The notes: a model not told the origin generated them from the sequence alone. Shown: positions 1-11,487, counted from the first letter of the stretch. The stretch is 33,331 nucleotides of DNA from Octopus bimaculoides (GCF_001194135.2 NC_068997.1:43535956-43569286); one strand, 5' to 3'. Made by a program: numbers and translations.

Positions 1-34
<34 letters not shown>

Positions 35-700
35 ATAATATACATAGAACTTGAATCTTCCTGTGAAAAATAATTCCATGTGTACAGAATGTTTCTGTTG
101 ACACAGAGAAAATTCTTGTTGACAGCTTGGAGATATAGCAGTTGTTGGAGCATGTTTTTATATAAAGCAAGGATGGCCACCATACCACATTCCATATGCC
201 ATAGAAGTCGTGTGCTCTCATTCAATTCTTGTATAAAATATGTTAATTTAGACGTATTTAGCATTTTTACATGAAAAAATGATTTAATATAAGAAAGTAA
301 TGTCAACATTACTTACTTTAACAAGACTTTTAAGTTTGTTTTGATTTAGCCAAGCTTTTAATGTTTGAAGTTAAATTAGTTACTGAGAGCAGCAGAGAAT
401 TCCTCAAATTTGAATCACTCAATCATGACCTCATTTTGTTTTTTATCAGTTTTTATGAATGAAAATGTTTGTTCACATCTGTATGTTGTTCCAAAATGAC
501 AGATGTAATTTTGGGCAAATATTTTTACTTCTGAAAAGATGTTCAGAGATCATAAGATATTAACCATATCAACAGCATTTGGAACTGAGGGAAGCTCATC
601 AAATTTCATTTTCAATAATAAATTTATTTTTAAATCATTAAGCCCCATTTCCATGTTTCTATGTATTTTCATGGTTTTCTTTTTTCTTTGTTCACTAGTT

Positions 701-1255
701 CACTGTGTGGCAAGAAGTTTGTTTCTCAATCACATGGTTCAGGATTCATTCCCACTGTGTAGCACTTTGGTCAAGTGTCCTCTACAAAAGCTTTGTGATA
801 GGATTTAGTTGACAGAAATTGAAAGAAACCTGTTGCACACACACACACACACACGTATATCAACATCATCATTTCATGTCCCCTTTCCATGGTGGCATGG
901 GCTGGATGGTTTAGCAAGAATAAATGAGGCAAGGGTTTCTGTCAGGTCCTATGTCTGCTTTGACATGGTTTCTACAGTTGGATGCCCTGCCTAATGCCAA
1001 CTCCTTAATAGAGTATATTGGGTGTTTTTTATATGTATATATATCTATGTATATGTATCTTTGTGTTTGTATTGTTTGCCTACCACCACTGCTTCACAAG
1101 CAGTCTGTCTACTTCACTGTAACTTATCGGTTCAGCAAAAAAGACTGATAGAATAAGTATGAGGCTTTAGAAAAAAGTACTGATGTCAATCTGTTTTAAG
1201 GTGTTGCCCCAGTATGGCCACAATTCAATAATGGAAACAAATAAAAGACAAAGGA
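701..1255 (+). mobile_element. Degenerate tRNA-derived SINE, split by an inserted RTE-tail element (head about 701-835, 3' half about 1075-1255)
   Basis: Head CTGTGTGGCAAGAAGTTTG...CACATGGTTCAGGATTCATTCCCACTGTG and tail GATAGAATAAGTA...TGCCCCAGTATGGCCAC match the younger copies at 7290 and 11510. Confidence 0.75.
860..1032 (-). mobile_element. RTE-tail non-autonomous element, degenerate fragment
   Basis: CATCATCATTT...TTTCCATGGTGGCATGGGCTGGA...TTTCTACAGTTGGATGCCCTGCCTAATGCC is homologous to 17062-17295. Confidence 0.75.
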
Positions 1256-1269
1256 TAAGGGAAAATGGC

Positions 1270-1960
1270 TTTATAAATATGCAGTCTTCTCTCTTAACAG
1301 AATGACAAAAACAAGTTTCAAATGACTCTGGCATCACCTGATTTTTTTCTCCAGCATATTTTGTAAAATTGCCATAATCTTCAGCATATTCACTCTGCTC
1401 TTTTAAGTGTGGAAACTGGTTTCTAGCTGAGAGGTGAAGAATTTTAATTTCATCTTAAATGCATTGATATCACTTATTAAGCTAGGAAACAATTCATTCT
1501 TGCTTGCAGTTTCAAAATTAGATAACTGAGATAACTGATTATGTCAACAAAAATGATAACTCAAATAACCTGTTGTTATCACACAAAAGGACTCTTTCTT
1601 TAAGCAGTTCATTTTTCTTTTCTAGACAAGTACAAATATTTTCTAATTTCAAAAATCTATTCAGAACCTGTCCTTGAGAAAGCCAGTACAACTCACAGTG
1701 GTGAACAAGGATGCCACAGTCACAAAATTCACTGAACTTTTGCTTATTTAATCCACACTATACTGATTGAATTTTTACATACTTCCATGCAGATACAGGA
1801 TTGATTTTTTAAAAATTGACTGAAATTGATACTCCCAAGTTAATAATAACTAAAACTTCTTTTTTTATTCATACTTACTATTTAAAAAATGAGTTAAGCA
1901 AATCCCTGTGTCTCAAGTGCACATATATGGAGCTGAGTATATTCAATTCCTGTGCAGTAA
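1270..1960 (-). pseudogene. Fossil hAT transposase fragment (Charlie/SPIN/GTF2IRD2-like)
   Basis: Manual minus-strand translation gives LVHHCELYWLSQGQVLNRFLKL (about 1650-1710), resembling LLYHCEVRWLSRGKVLxRF. It also gives LISDINAFKMKLKFFTSQL (about 1421-1480), resembling DMYxHVKAFKxKLxLWxxQL. Frameshifts and stops are present. Confidence 0.8.
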
Positions 1961-2052
1961 AGCTTAATGCTTTTGCTCAAATGCTCAAATTTTATTCACA
2001 CACTTCACAGTTATCAATATGTCACAATTTAAGGCTTTTTCACAATGTAAAG

Positions 2053-2289
2053 CAGGGGTTCTCAACCATTTTTTTTTTTTACCTATGGACCCTTTTGATT
2101 CCTAGTGGACCCTCCTAGGTATTCATTGTTTAAAAAAATATTTTTATAACTAAATGTTATTAGGAATTGTGTAAAAAAAAAAGTTGTGAAAATATTTTGT
2201 GTATTGTAGAATTATAACCAATTTATTGCAAATAAACTTTAACAATAAAATCTTATATGGGCCCCCAAAGGCCATATGGTCCCCAGTTG
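2053..2289 (+). mobile_element. hAT-type MITE, right end degenerate
   Basis: Starts CAGGGGTTCTCAACC, has internal GGACCC motifs and ends GGTCCCCAGTTG (partial TIR). No clean TSD found. Confidence 0.6.
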
Positions 2290-2926
2290 TAGTCCAAACA
2301 GCTTTAGAATCATTGATGGAGCTTCATTAGTACAAATACTGATGAGTTTACTAAATATTACTTGTAGATTTTCAAAGCATGGCTTTACTTTGATAAATAT
2401 GTCTGGTCCTCTTTTACCACATGAAGTGACTCAGCACTGATAAATTCTCAAAGACACTAAAACCGTCATCAATTCTTTACATAAAGATAGTATGTCACAG
2501 ATAGGACAAATGTCTCAAGGGGAATGTTCTGTGTGCTAAATACACATCTGTTAGAATCTCATATGTGAGAATACTTGAACTGAAAAGCTTTGATCAAACT
2601 GATATTATCCTTGAAATTTGAAGACAAAAAAGTCCCTGTAGGGGTGTTTAAAACCTAAAAGCAACAAACAAAAGGCATAACTTCAATAATGTCAACTAAT
2701 CCAAATTTTTCAGAAAATAAAAGTAAAGCAGTTAAGAATGAATCTTGTCTTTTAAGCCAAATGGTTAAAGCAATAGACATGGTTTGATCTTATTCGCTCT
2801 CATCGACAAAGCAAAGTCACCTCAGTTGGTAAGACAGAAAAATGATCAGTCTATGTGTGTAGTAAGTAGTTAGGCTGATTATCCAGGACCTCAGCATGGG
2901 GTGGCGGCTGCATGATAAATTTACCA

Positions 2927-3320
2927 GGCGTAGGGGTGGCTGTGTGGTAAGTAGCTTGCTCACGAACCACATGGTTCCGGGTTCAGTCCTACTGCGTGGC
3001 ACCTTGGGCAAGTGTCTTCTACTATAGTCTCGGGCTGACCAAAGCCTTGTGAGTGGATTTGGAAGACGGAAACTGAAAGAAGCCCATCGTATATATGTAC
3101 AAATATATATATATATATATANNNNNNNNNNGTCCCCCCAACATCACTTGACAACCGATGCTGGTGTGTTTACGTCCCCGTAACTTAGCGGTTCGGCAAG
3201 AGAGACTGATAGAATAAGTACTAGGCTTACAAAGAATAAGTCCTGGGGTCGATTTGCTCGACTAAAGGTGGTGCTCCAGCATGGCCACAGTCAAATGACT
3301 GAAACAAGTAAAAGAGTATA
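2927..3320 (+). mobile_element. Young tRNA-derived SINE (family A), full length, with a 10-N gap in its internal (TA)n
   Basis: A-box-like TGGCTGTGTGG and B-box-like GGTTCAGTCC, then CACCTTGGGCAAGTGTCTTC. The tail ends GACTGAAACAAGTAAAAGAG. Near-identical to 7290, 11510, 18268 and 22790. Confidence 0.92.
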
Positions 3321-3398
3321 TAATATTGTGAATTCAAAATCTTCAATTATCTGAGATTATCCTTGCAATTAGAAAGCAAAAATTCCCTATAAAAGTCT

Positions 3399-3632
3399 TT
3401 AATCCTTTTGATGCCAACCTGCTTGAGACTACTCCTACTTTTATGATGCATGATTCCTGTTTTAAAATGATATAAAGGAAAATTCTCCATCAAAATTTCA
3501 CGATAATTTAAGTTCGAAACACCAGTGTAATAATAACAAAGTTATTTTATTAAACTCATGATTATTTTGAAATTCAATTGAAACAAAAGGCTGTATTTCA
3601 AAACAAATATGATAATAAATAAAGGAGTCAAA
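3399..3632 (-). mobile_element. TTAA-flanked piggyBac-like MITE, degenerate copy
   Basis: Reverse-complement homolog of 22523-22743. Begins TTAATCCTTTTGATGCCAACC and ends AAAGGAGTCAA. Confidence 0.65.
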
Positions 3633-3924
3633 TCTAAAAACAATTAGCATGGCAAATAACTCCCATAGCATCATCTAATCTAAATTATTTGGAAAATAAG
3701 GACAATACTGTTACAAGTGGATTTTGTTTTAAGAGAAAACAGGTGAAAGTAACAGACTTGCTTTGATTTTGTGAGGTCTCATCAGTGAAGCATATTCACC
3801 TCAAATGGCAAGAGAGAGAGAGAAACCATTTATAAAAATATAAATAGAGCTGACTGTTCCTTTCCCCATCAAATTTCTGGTTTTGTGCCAGTGGGTGGAT
3901 GACAACCCATCACTTGGTTTAACA

Positions 3925-4100
3925 TCACAACCTGGTCAAAACTTCAGGTCTTGTGCCTATAGTACAAAGGATTATTATTATTCTCATAATTTTCATAAAG
4001 GTGGTGGATTGGAAAAATCATTAGGGCATCACACAAAATGTGGTGCTTGCTCAAACTCTTTGTGATCTGCATTCAAATTCTGCAAACATCAACTTTCAAT
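3925..4100 (+). mobile_element. Degenerate SINE family B fragments
   Basis: Tail-like AAACTTCAGGTCTTGTGCCTATAGTA and head-like AAGGTGGTGGATTGG...ATTCAAATTCTGC resemble 29748-29940. Confidence 0.5.
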
Positions 4101-4128
4101 AGTCTGCTGCAAGTAGGTAATTAAAACA

Positions 4129-4441
4129 GGCACTCTGTCAGTTATGGTGATGAGCGTTCTAGTTGATCCAGCCTGCTCATGAAATTAGGGTTAGTGACAT
4201 GCATATCCTTAACGTAGTTCTCAGGGATATACAAAGTGACACAGAATGTGATAAGGCTGGCCCTTTAAATTACAGGTGCAACTCATCTTTTCCAACTGAG
4301 TGGACTGGTGCAATATGAAATAAAGTGTCTTGCTCAAGGGCAAAATGCACTGCTGGGGATCAAACACACAACCATTACAATTGCTCTAACCACAAAGTGC
4401 TCTAACCACAAAGTGCTCTAACCACAAAGCCACATGCCTTC
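4129..4441 (-). mobile_element. tRNA-derived SINE (family C head and central domain)
   Basis: Minus-strand head GAAGGCATGTGGCTTTGTGGTTAGAGCA and central domain CCCTTGAGCAAGACACTTTATTTCA. The tail is homologous to 24478-25062. Confidence 0.8.
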
Positions 4442-4819
4442 ACTGCTAGTAATTAACTATAAAACTGAATATTTATCACTTATAGATTTTCCACATGTTT
4501 GCATTAGTATATATGTATTTTGGAGTTGTAATTGCCTAGTGATTTAATATGAGATCATGTATAGAATTTGTAGTAATTTATCATGGTAGAGCCACTTTAA
4601 GTATCTAAAAACACATAGAATCTATCACATTCACATTTCATATATCTCTTAAGGTATCAAAATTTTCATTGCACCAAAGCAATTCAGTTGCATACATAGT
4701 TTCACTGCAGTTGTTTGAAATTTAGTTGCTAGTGAGTTCTGAGTTTTATAAAAACCCATCAGTAACTAGCTTTCAAACAACTGCAGTGGAACTGCGTCTA
4801 TGACTGCACATCAAGAATT

Positions 4820-5310
4820 AAATGAAAGGTGGATAAAAGTGCCTTTTGTCTTTTTTAAGTACTCTGAGTGGAGGAAGAGGCAATGTCATGACTTTTGTGA
4901 GCTCTTCAAGTCTAGTGAGATTGATGCCATGGATATTCCACTTGAATCTTTGTAAGTCAACACCGGCAAGAAAGCGATGAGCAGTGAAGGAATGGGTGAA
5001 GTGGTTCGTACAAGGCTGGAGGAAGGGCAGACGCAACAAGGCTGATGAAGGAAGAGTCAGATGGGAACGCCTAAGTGAAAGTGACCTGAACTAAAGCCAT
5101 CTCCAAGGAGCAGAGGACATTATAATAGTGGTAGAAAGAGCAGAGAGAAGAGGCAGTCTACTTATTGCTCAGTGAGTGACTTTATACTAGACAGTCAGAT
5201 GGTCCTAGGATGTCTGTGTGTACTGCAGCATTCTCTCAGATGTTACAGCAATACTCCAATGTGGGCCACATCTGAGCTTTGTACAATGGCTTAAATGCCT
5301 TTTCTATATT
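4820..5310 (-). pseudogene. Fossil 3' part of a CR1/L2-like LINE ORF2
   Basis: Minus-strand translation gives LYKAQMWPTLEYCCNI (5241-5286), cf. LYKAQVRPxLEYCSxxW. It also gives SFYHYYNVLCSLEM (5097-5140), cf. LFYRYYHGxCSxEL, and VDLQRFKWNIHGINL, cf. DLQxFKxxVN. Confidence 0.75.
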
Positions 5311-5319
5311 GTATTTCAT

Positions 5320-5772
5320 TATCAACATAATTTGATGGCCGCTTTCCATGCTGGCATAGGTTGGAGGGGCTGCAACAGGCTCCAATTGTCTGTTTTTGCA
5401 TGGTTTCTATGATTGGATGCCCTTCCTAACACCAAAAACTTTTCAGAGTGTCTTCTTTCTTCTTTGCACCCTTTTAAAGCCTAGCCAGGCTCATGGGCCC
5501 AGTTTCCCGGTTTCAATGGCGTATGTGTTCCCCAGCTGGACGGGACACCAGTCCATCGCAGTGTTACTCATTTTTGCCATCTGAGTGGGCTGGAGCAACG
5601 TGAAATGTTGCCTGGTCCAGGAATCGAAACCACAATTTTATGATCAAGATACTGACACCCTAACCACTAAGCCACGCACCTTTACAGAGTGTACTGGGTG
5701 CTTTTTACATGGCATCAACACAAGTACTTCTCACATGGCACCAGTACAGGTGCTTTTTATATGACACTAGTA
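5320..5772 (-). mobile_element. RTE-tail element interrupted by a SINE
   Basis: 3' tail at 5320-5450 (GCTTTCCATGCTGGCATAGGTTGGA...GGATGCCCTTCCTAAC). It resumes at 5683 with GGGTGCTTTTTACATGGCA tandem-unit remnants. Confidence 0.7.
5473..5682 (-). mobile_element. tRNA-derived SINE, family C head with a different tail
   Basis: Minus-strand head AAGGTGCGTGGCTTAGTGGTTAGGGTGTCAG and B-box GGTTTCGATTCC. Central TTTCACGTTGCTCCAGCCCACTCAG. The tail is distinct (plus strand CCAGCTGGACGGGACACCAGTCCATCGCAG). Confidence 0.8.
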
Positions 5773-5997
5773 CGTATTTGCTTTATATATATATCTACCT
5801 ATTACTGTGTTTGTGTTTACCCATATAAAAACCAGCATTGTGTAAAAAAGCATAACTTAGCAGTTCAATAAACAATGTTAAAAAAAGTAAGTACCAGAAT
5901 TACCAGGGTTGATATGATTTCCTAACACTCTCAAAGGTGGTGCCATAATTGGGCTGCAGTTCCATGACAAAAGAATGAATGAATGAATGAATGAATA

Positions 5998-6272
5998 GGT
6001 GCAGGCATGGCTGAGTGGCTAAGAAACTTGCTTTGCAACTGCATGGTTTTAAGCTCAATCCCACTGTGGGGCATCTTGGGCAAGTGTCTTCTACTATAGT
6101 CCAGACCTGACCAAAGCCTTGTGAGTGGATTTGGAAGATACAAAGCCTGCTGTGTGTGCGTGTGCTCTTGTCTGTGAGTGTGTTTATGTTTATGCATACA
6201 CTTGTCTTGAGATCATGTGATGATTGTAACTGACCGTATGGGTTGTTTCCAGTCTTATGTGAAAAATATGTG
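5998..6272 (+). mobile_element. SINE family A head with the start of the alternative (RTE-linked) tail
   Basis: GGTGCAGGCATGGCTGAGTGG...CATCTTGGGCAAGTGTCTTCTACTATAG, followed by CTTGTCTTGAGATCATGTGAT. Homologous to the minus copy at 32478-32885. Confidence 0.75.
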
Positions 6273-6298
6273 CAGAAACTACTGAAGCCTGTCACGTG

Positions 6299-6308
<10 letters not shown>

Positions 6309-6358
<50 letters not shown>
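6309..6358. repeat. (CA)n microsatellite
   Basis: Direct reading. Confidence 0.97.
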
Positions 6359-6361
<3 letters not shown>

Positions 6362-6782
6362 CAGGCTCCCATGCTGGTGGCATGCAATAAGCACCATTCA
6401 TACACGGGTTGTTACCAGTGCCACCTGACTGGTTCCTGTGCCAGTGGCATGTAAAAAGCACCATCCAAACATGCTCGATGCCAGCCCCCTCACTCTGACT
6501 GGTTCCTGTGCCAGTGGCATGTAAAAAGCACCATCTGAATGTGGTTGATGCCAGCTCCCTCACCCCGAGAGGTTCCTGTACCAGTGGCACATAAAAAGCA
6601 CCCACTACACTCTCAGAGTGGTTGGTGTTAGGAAGGGTATCTAGCTATAGAAACATTGTCAGATCAGATTGGAGCCTGGTGCGGCCTCCTGGCTTGCCAG
6701 ACACCAGCCAAACCATCCAACCCATGCCAGCATGGAAAACAGACGTTAAACGATGATGACAGTGATGATGATGATGATGATT
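6359..6782 (+). mobile_element. RTE-tail non-autonomous element with four 66-70 bp tandem units
   Basis: Repeated CTGACTGGTTCCTGTGCCAGTGGCATGTAAAAAGCACC at 6425 and 6495, with a variant at 6565. Then GTTAGGAAGGG...CCAACCCATGCCAGCATGGAAAACAGACGTTAAAC(GAT)n. Confidence 0.85.
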
Positions 6783-6984
6783 TCAAGATTTCTTGCCAAT
6801 ACAGAAAGAGTCGGTTTGCAACCTCGATCCAAGTCTCCCTCATTGGAATTTTAACATCAACAGGGTATTTTTGTATATGTATGTACATGTGCAAATTTGT
6901 ATGTTTAGTTTTATGTAAATATTCTCATGCATACAGTTGCACATCTAGACAGGCTGTATGTATGTATGTTTGTGTTTATTCTGC

Positions 6985-7172
6985 ACCACTGCTTGTGTTG
7001 GTTTGTTTACATCCCTGTAACTTAGCAGTCTGGTAAAAGAAACTAATAGAATAAATATCAGACTTGAAAATAAGTACTGAGGGAGTAGGGGTCAATTTGT
7101 CCAAAACCCTTGAAGGCAGTACCCCACCCTGCATGGCCACAGTCCAAGGACTGAAACAAGTGAAAGATTAAA
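6985..7172 (+). mobile_element. 3' half of SINE family A, degenerate
   Basis: GTTTACATCCCTGTAACTTAGCAG...GCATGGCCACAGTCC...ACTGAAACAAGTGAAAGA. Confidence 0.75.
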
Positions 7173-7289
7173 AAAATAAATAATCTAAATTAAAGAAGAG
7201 AAACAGGATGTTGTAACATTCATTCTTTTCACCAGTCCCCTATCTCTCATTTAGTCCTATCCTTAAACATACAACTAATTACTATAGTA

Positions 7290-7685
7290 GGCGCAGGAGT
7301 GGCTGTGTGGTAAGTAGCTTGCTTACCAGCCACATGGTTCTGGGTTCTGGGTTCTGTCCCACTGCGTGGCACCTTGGGCAAGTGTCTTCTACTATAGCCT
7401 CAGGCCAACCAAAGCCTTGTGAGTGGATTTGGTAGACGGAAACTGAAAGAAGCTTGTCGTATATATATGTATATATGTTTGTGTGTCTGTGTTTGTCCCC
7501 CCAACATCGCTTGACAACCGATGGTGGTGTGTTTATATCCCCGTAACTTAGCGGTTCGGCAAAAGAGACCGATAGAATTAGAATAAGTACTAGGCTTACA
7601 AAGAATAAGTCCTGGGGTCGATTTGCTTGACTAAAGGCGGTGCTCCAGCATGGCCGCAGTCAAATGACTGAAACAAGTAAAAGAG
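7290..7685 (+). mobile_element. Young full-length SINE family A with 7-bp TSD TATAGTA
   Basis: TATAGTA at 7283-7289 and 7686-7692 flanks GGCGCAGGAGTGGCTGTGTGG...ACAAGTAAAAGAG. Confidence 0.95.
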
Positions 7686-8016
7686 TATAGTAAAGGTAGA
7701 ATGGTTGAGTGAACAAAATATGCAGGACTAGGAAACTCATGGTTTCTGAGTTTTATACACACAACTTGGAAGATATTTATTTAAGGAAGGAAATGAATAT
7801 TACACAATCCTGTATTTTCCTTTTCCTTACAGGCATAAAGTCTCAGGTTTAGTTAAAACAACAACAACAACAAAAACATTATTATTGTTGTTGGTGTTGA
7901 TATTGTTTTTGTTTTCTTGCAGCTCCTGGTCATTTTTTTTTTCCTTACTTTTTTTTTTTTTTTTATCAAGTCATTTAGTTTTCAGCATGGAGTAAATTCT
8001 TCAGATGGAAAAAATT

Positions 8017-8125
8017 CCACCACCACCACCACCACCACCATCAGCACTACTACCAACACTACTGCCATCACCACTACCCAGTAACACTACAAAAAAAACC
8101 ACCAACGCCACTAGCACCACCATTA
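8017..8125. repeat. (CAC)n and degenerate CAC/CTA trinucleotide tract
   Basis: Direct reading. Confidence 0.85.
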
Positions 8126-9164
8126 CTCTGCTGCCAGTTTGGCAACTTTAGAATCTCTAAAACATAGTCACAAACTCTAATCTCTCTCTCTCTTTCTTTC
8201 TGTCTTTAAAAATTTCCACCTTCTTCAGCAGGCAACTTTCTTTATTCCCATCTCCACCAGCACCAGCACCATCGTTCTATTCCTCTCTCTAACCCGCCTT
8301 TTCTCAGTTCCTCTTCTTCCCTCTACTTTACTCTTCTCTTCAGTTAGACTAGCAAGTCTTCAAGTCTTCATGAAACCTGATCCCCTCTCTTTATTCCTGT
8401 CTATCTCCTTTTTCTCTCTCACTCACTGTCTGTCTGTCACTTTCTATCACCACCTCCCCCTCTCTCTCTCTAAGTAAAAAAGAAATATACATAAATAAAT
8501 AAATAAAATAAAAATAAAAGAGGGGGAAATGGTTTGTGTCTGTTGCTGTATGTATGGAAGCTACAGTAAGTTTTTGTGACTTTATAAATGGTTCTTAATT
8601 TAACTGGAAAGCTTCAGTAAATTTGGTAAGTAATGTTAATTTTCCCTCATCTGTTTTTCTCTCTTACTCTCTCCGTCTTTCATCTTTAACCGGGGAGTTT
8701 GAAATAAAAAAAAAACAGAAAGAAATAACTAAATCCTCCACATGTTTGCTAAGTTCTATATTCACATGCTTGTTTTTTAACGTTTTGTTTCCATTTATTT
8801 TGGTTCAAATTCTACGCCCACATATTTTTATGTTGTATTATTTTGGCATGCATATATATTTATATGTATGTCTACATGTGTAAATCTATATATATATATA
8901 TATTGCAAAATTGACATATATTTCCGAATTCCCCCAAAATTACTGATTTCTTCTTTCCAATAAATCTTGGACATAATTGTAAATAATCTTATTACTCACC
9001 ATCACCATCATCATCATTGTCGTCATTGTTTTAATCAATATAATTTAAATCATCATCTTTTTTATTATAAAGAATTTTGTGTATCTTTGAGAAATTTAAA
9101 ATACAATTCAATCTTCAACAAATGATATACAAACAATGACAAGGAAACATAAGTTTGAGTGTGT

Positions 9165-9199
9165 CTGTGTGTATAGATATACATACATTTATTTCTGTT

Positions 9200-9230
<31 letters not shown>

Positions 9231-9423
9231 ATATTTATATATGCATTCACACACACACACACACACATGCATTTGTATATTGTATATTCTTTTATATGTT
9301 TCAGCCCTGAGGCTTTGGGTATGCTGGGGCACTGATGTATATATATATGTATATACACACACACACCGATAATGTGTGTGTGTATATATATATATATATA
9401 TACATATATACATGCATACATAC

Positions 9424-9470
<47 letters not shown>

Positions 9471-9600
9471 GCATACTTACATTATTTATATATATATATA
9501 TATATATACATACATACATTACATATATATATACACACACATAAACACTGATGAATATGTGCATATGTATATATATATACACACACATATATATGTTGTA
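9165..9600. repeat. Compound (TA)n/(CA)n/(TG)n microsatellite region
   Basis: Direct reading. It produces the YI/HT/CV pseudo-ORFs in the track. Confidence 0.95.
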
Positions 9601-9969
9601 TATCTTACTGAATCCAGAGAATAAGTGACTAGACTAATATTTGTTTCCCTTCCTTCAGAATTTATAAATATGATTCTAACGCCGGAACCCCGCTGGAACC
9701 CAAACACAATTTTGCTTCTTAAATGCATGAATGCAACCTCAAGATTATAAAATGAAAAATGTTGTAACCTTTTAGTTCCATCCTTTTGACAGGGACAGAA
9801 TTTTTTCGCAAAACTGTAAAAGAAATCTACCGGAAAAATCCAACAAACTTCAAAAATCACTTCTCAACAAATACAACAGGGGGATAAGTTTTTCATATAT
9901 TGGAGGTTTATAGTAATAAATCATAGCAATTTTTATACAGAACCTTTAAATTTACCATTATTCTGTGAA

Positions 9970-10190
9970 TTTGGAGAATTGTTAGCTATTCTAACTAATT
10001 GTTTTGTGGTTTAAAATATTTTTTTCTGGTTCTTTATGTTAGTCTGAGTTCAAATCCAACCACGGTTAAATTTCAACAGTCATCCATATGGGATCGGTAA
10101 AATGCTAAATACTAGGATTGATTTAATCAGCTATCCCTTCAAAAACTTTAAAATTCGTGGCCTTGCGAATATGTTAAAAATGATTAATTC
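9970..10190 (+). mobile_element. Degenerate SINE family B
   Basis: GGAGAATTGTTAGC...CTGAGTTCAAATCC...AAAATTCGTGGCCTTG resembles 29748-29940. Confidence 0.6.
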
Positions 10191-10664
10191 AATTAATGTT
10201 ATAATACATATTTAATATATATTTCTAACAGTAATTATTTACTTCTATGTTTTGTCCATGGTTTTAACACAAACACACACATAATGTATTTGTATACACA
10301 CATACACACACACACACATATACACACATACAAACATATACACATTACATATACACATTGCAAATACACACACACACAAACGTATACACAATATATATGT
10401 GTGTGTGAGTGTTTGTGTATATATATCTATATTAACGTATTTCTGTATATGTGTATACGAAAAAAAAAATATACACAGATAGAAATACATATTTGTCATT
10501 CTATAAATATATATACACATACACGTTTATTGATAGACAGGTATGTATATCAGTGTGTGTATTTATACACACACAGATATAGACAAATATATAGATAGAC
10601 AAATCTATAAGTACACACACACAGATATACATACATACCTGTCTATCAATAAATATGTATGTGC

Positions 10665-10676
<12 letters not shown>

Positions 10677-10743
<67 letters not shown>
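10677..10743. repeat. (CA)n microsatellite
   Basis: Direct reading. Confidence 0.97.
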
Positions 10744-10751
<8 letters not shown>

Positions 10752-10939
10752 ATTTTATATCTTTTGCTTGGGTCCACTGCCTTGCAGAATTTTAGTCAAA
10801 AGAATCAACCCGATTCTAATTTTTTAAAGTCCTGTTATGAGGATGTAAACATACCAACAGTGGTTCTCAAGAAGTAGTGGACCACAAAGACAGATATAAA
10901 GGCACACAAGTGCACACGAGCGCACTTATATAATGGACT

Positions 10940-11080
10940 TCCATTTACCAAATCCACTCACAAGGCTTCTTCTGATAGCCCCAAAGTTATAAAAGAAGAC
11001 ATTTATTTGCCCAAGGTACCATGCAGTAAGACTGAACTAGGAACCATGTGGTAAAGAAGCAAACTTATTACTACACGAGC
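10940..11080 (-). mobile_element. SINE family A head and central domain, degenerate
   Basis: CCAAATCCACTCACAAGGCT...TTGCCCAAGGTACC...GAACCATGTGG is the reverse complement of the family A 5' half. Confidence 0.8.
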
Positions 11081-11089
11081 ATGGTTTTA

Positions 11090-11214
11090 TATATGTATGT
11101 ATGTATGTTTATATATATATATATATAAATGTATATGCATTTATATATTAATGTATATGCATTTATATATTAATGTATATGCATTTATATCTAAATATAT
11201 ATGCATATATATTA

Positions 11215-11299
<85 letters not shown>

Positions 11300-11451
11300 A
11301 TAATACAAAGAATATATATACATGTATACACACATATATGTACGTACTNNNNNNNNNNNNNNNNNNNNNNNNNNNNNNNNNNNNNNNNNNNNNNNNNNNN
11401 NNNNNNNNNNNNNNNNNNNNNNNNNNNNNNNNNNNNNNNNNNNNNNNNNNN

Positions 11452-11487
<36 letters not shown>

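Noticed and set aside
80-274. Possible hAT C-terminal remnant on the minus strand (SKLSTRIFSV...)
   Set aside because: The similarity is too weak to support without a profile search.
5900-6605. ORFs of 108-165 aa overlapping SINE and tandem-unit sequence
   Set aside because: They lie entirely within repeats and recur as similar pseudo-peptides at every repeat copy.
9549-9612. TGATGA...CTGA as a possible C/D box snoRNA
   Set aside because: There is no terminal stem, and the interior is microsatellite with no plausible guide.
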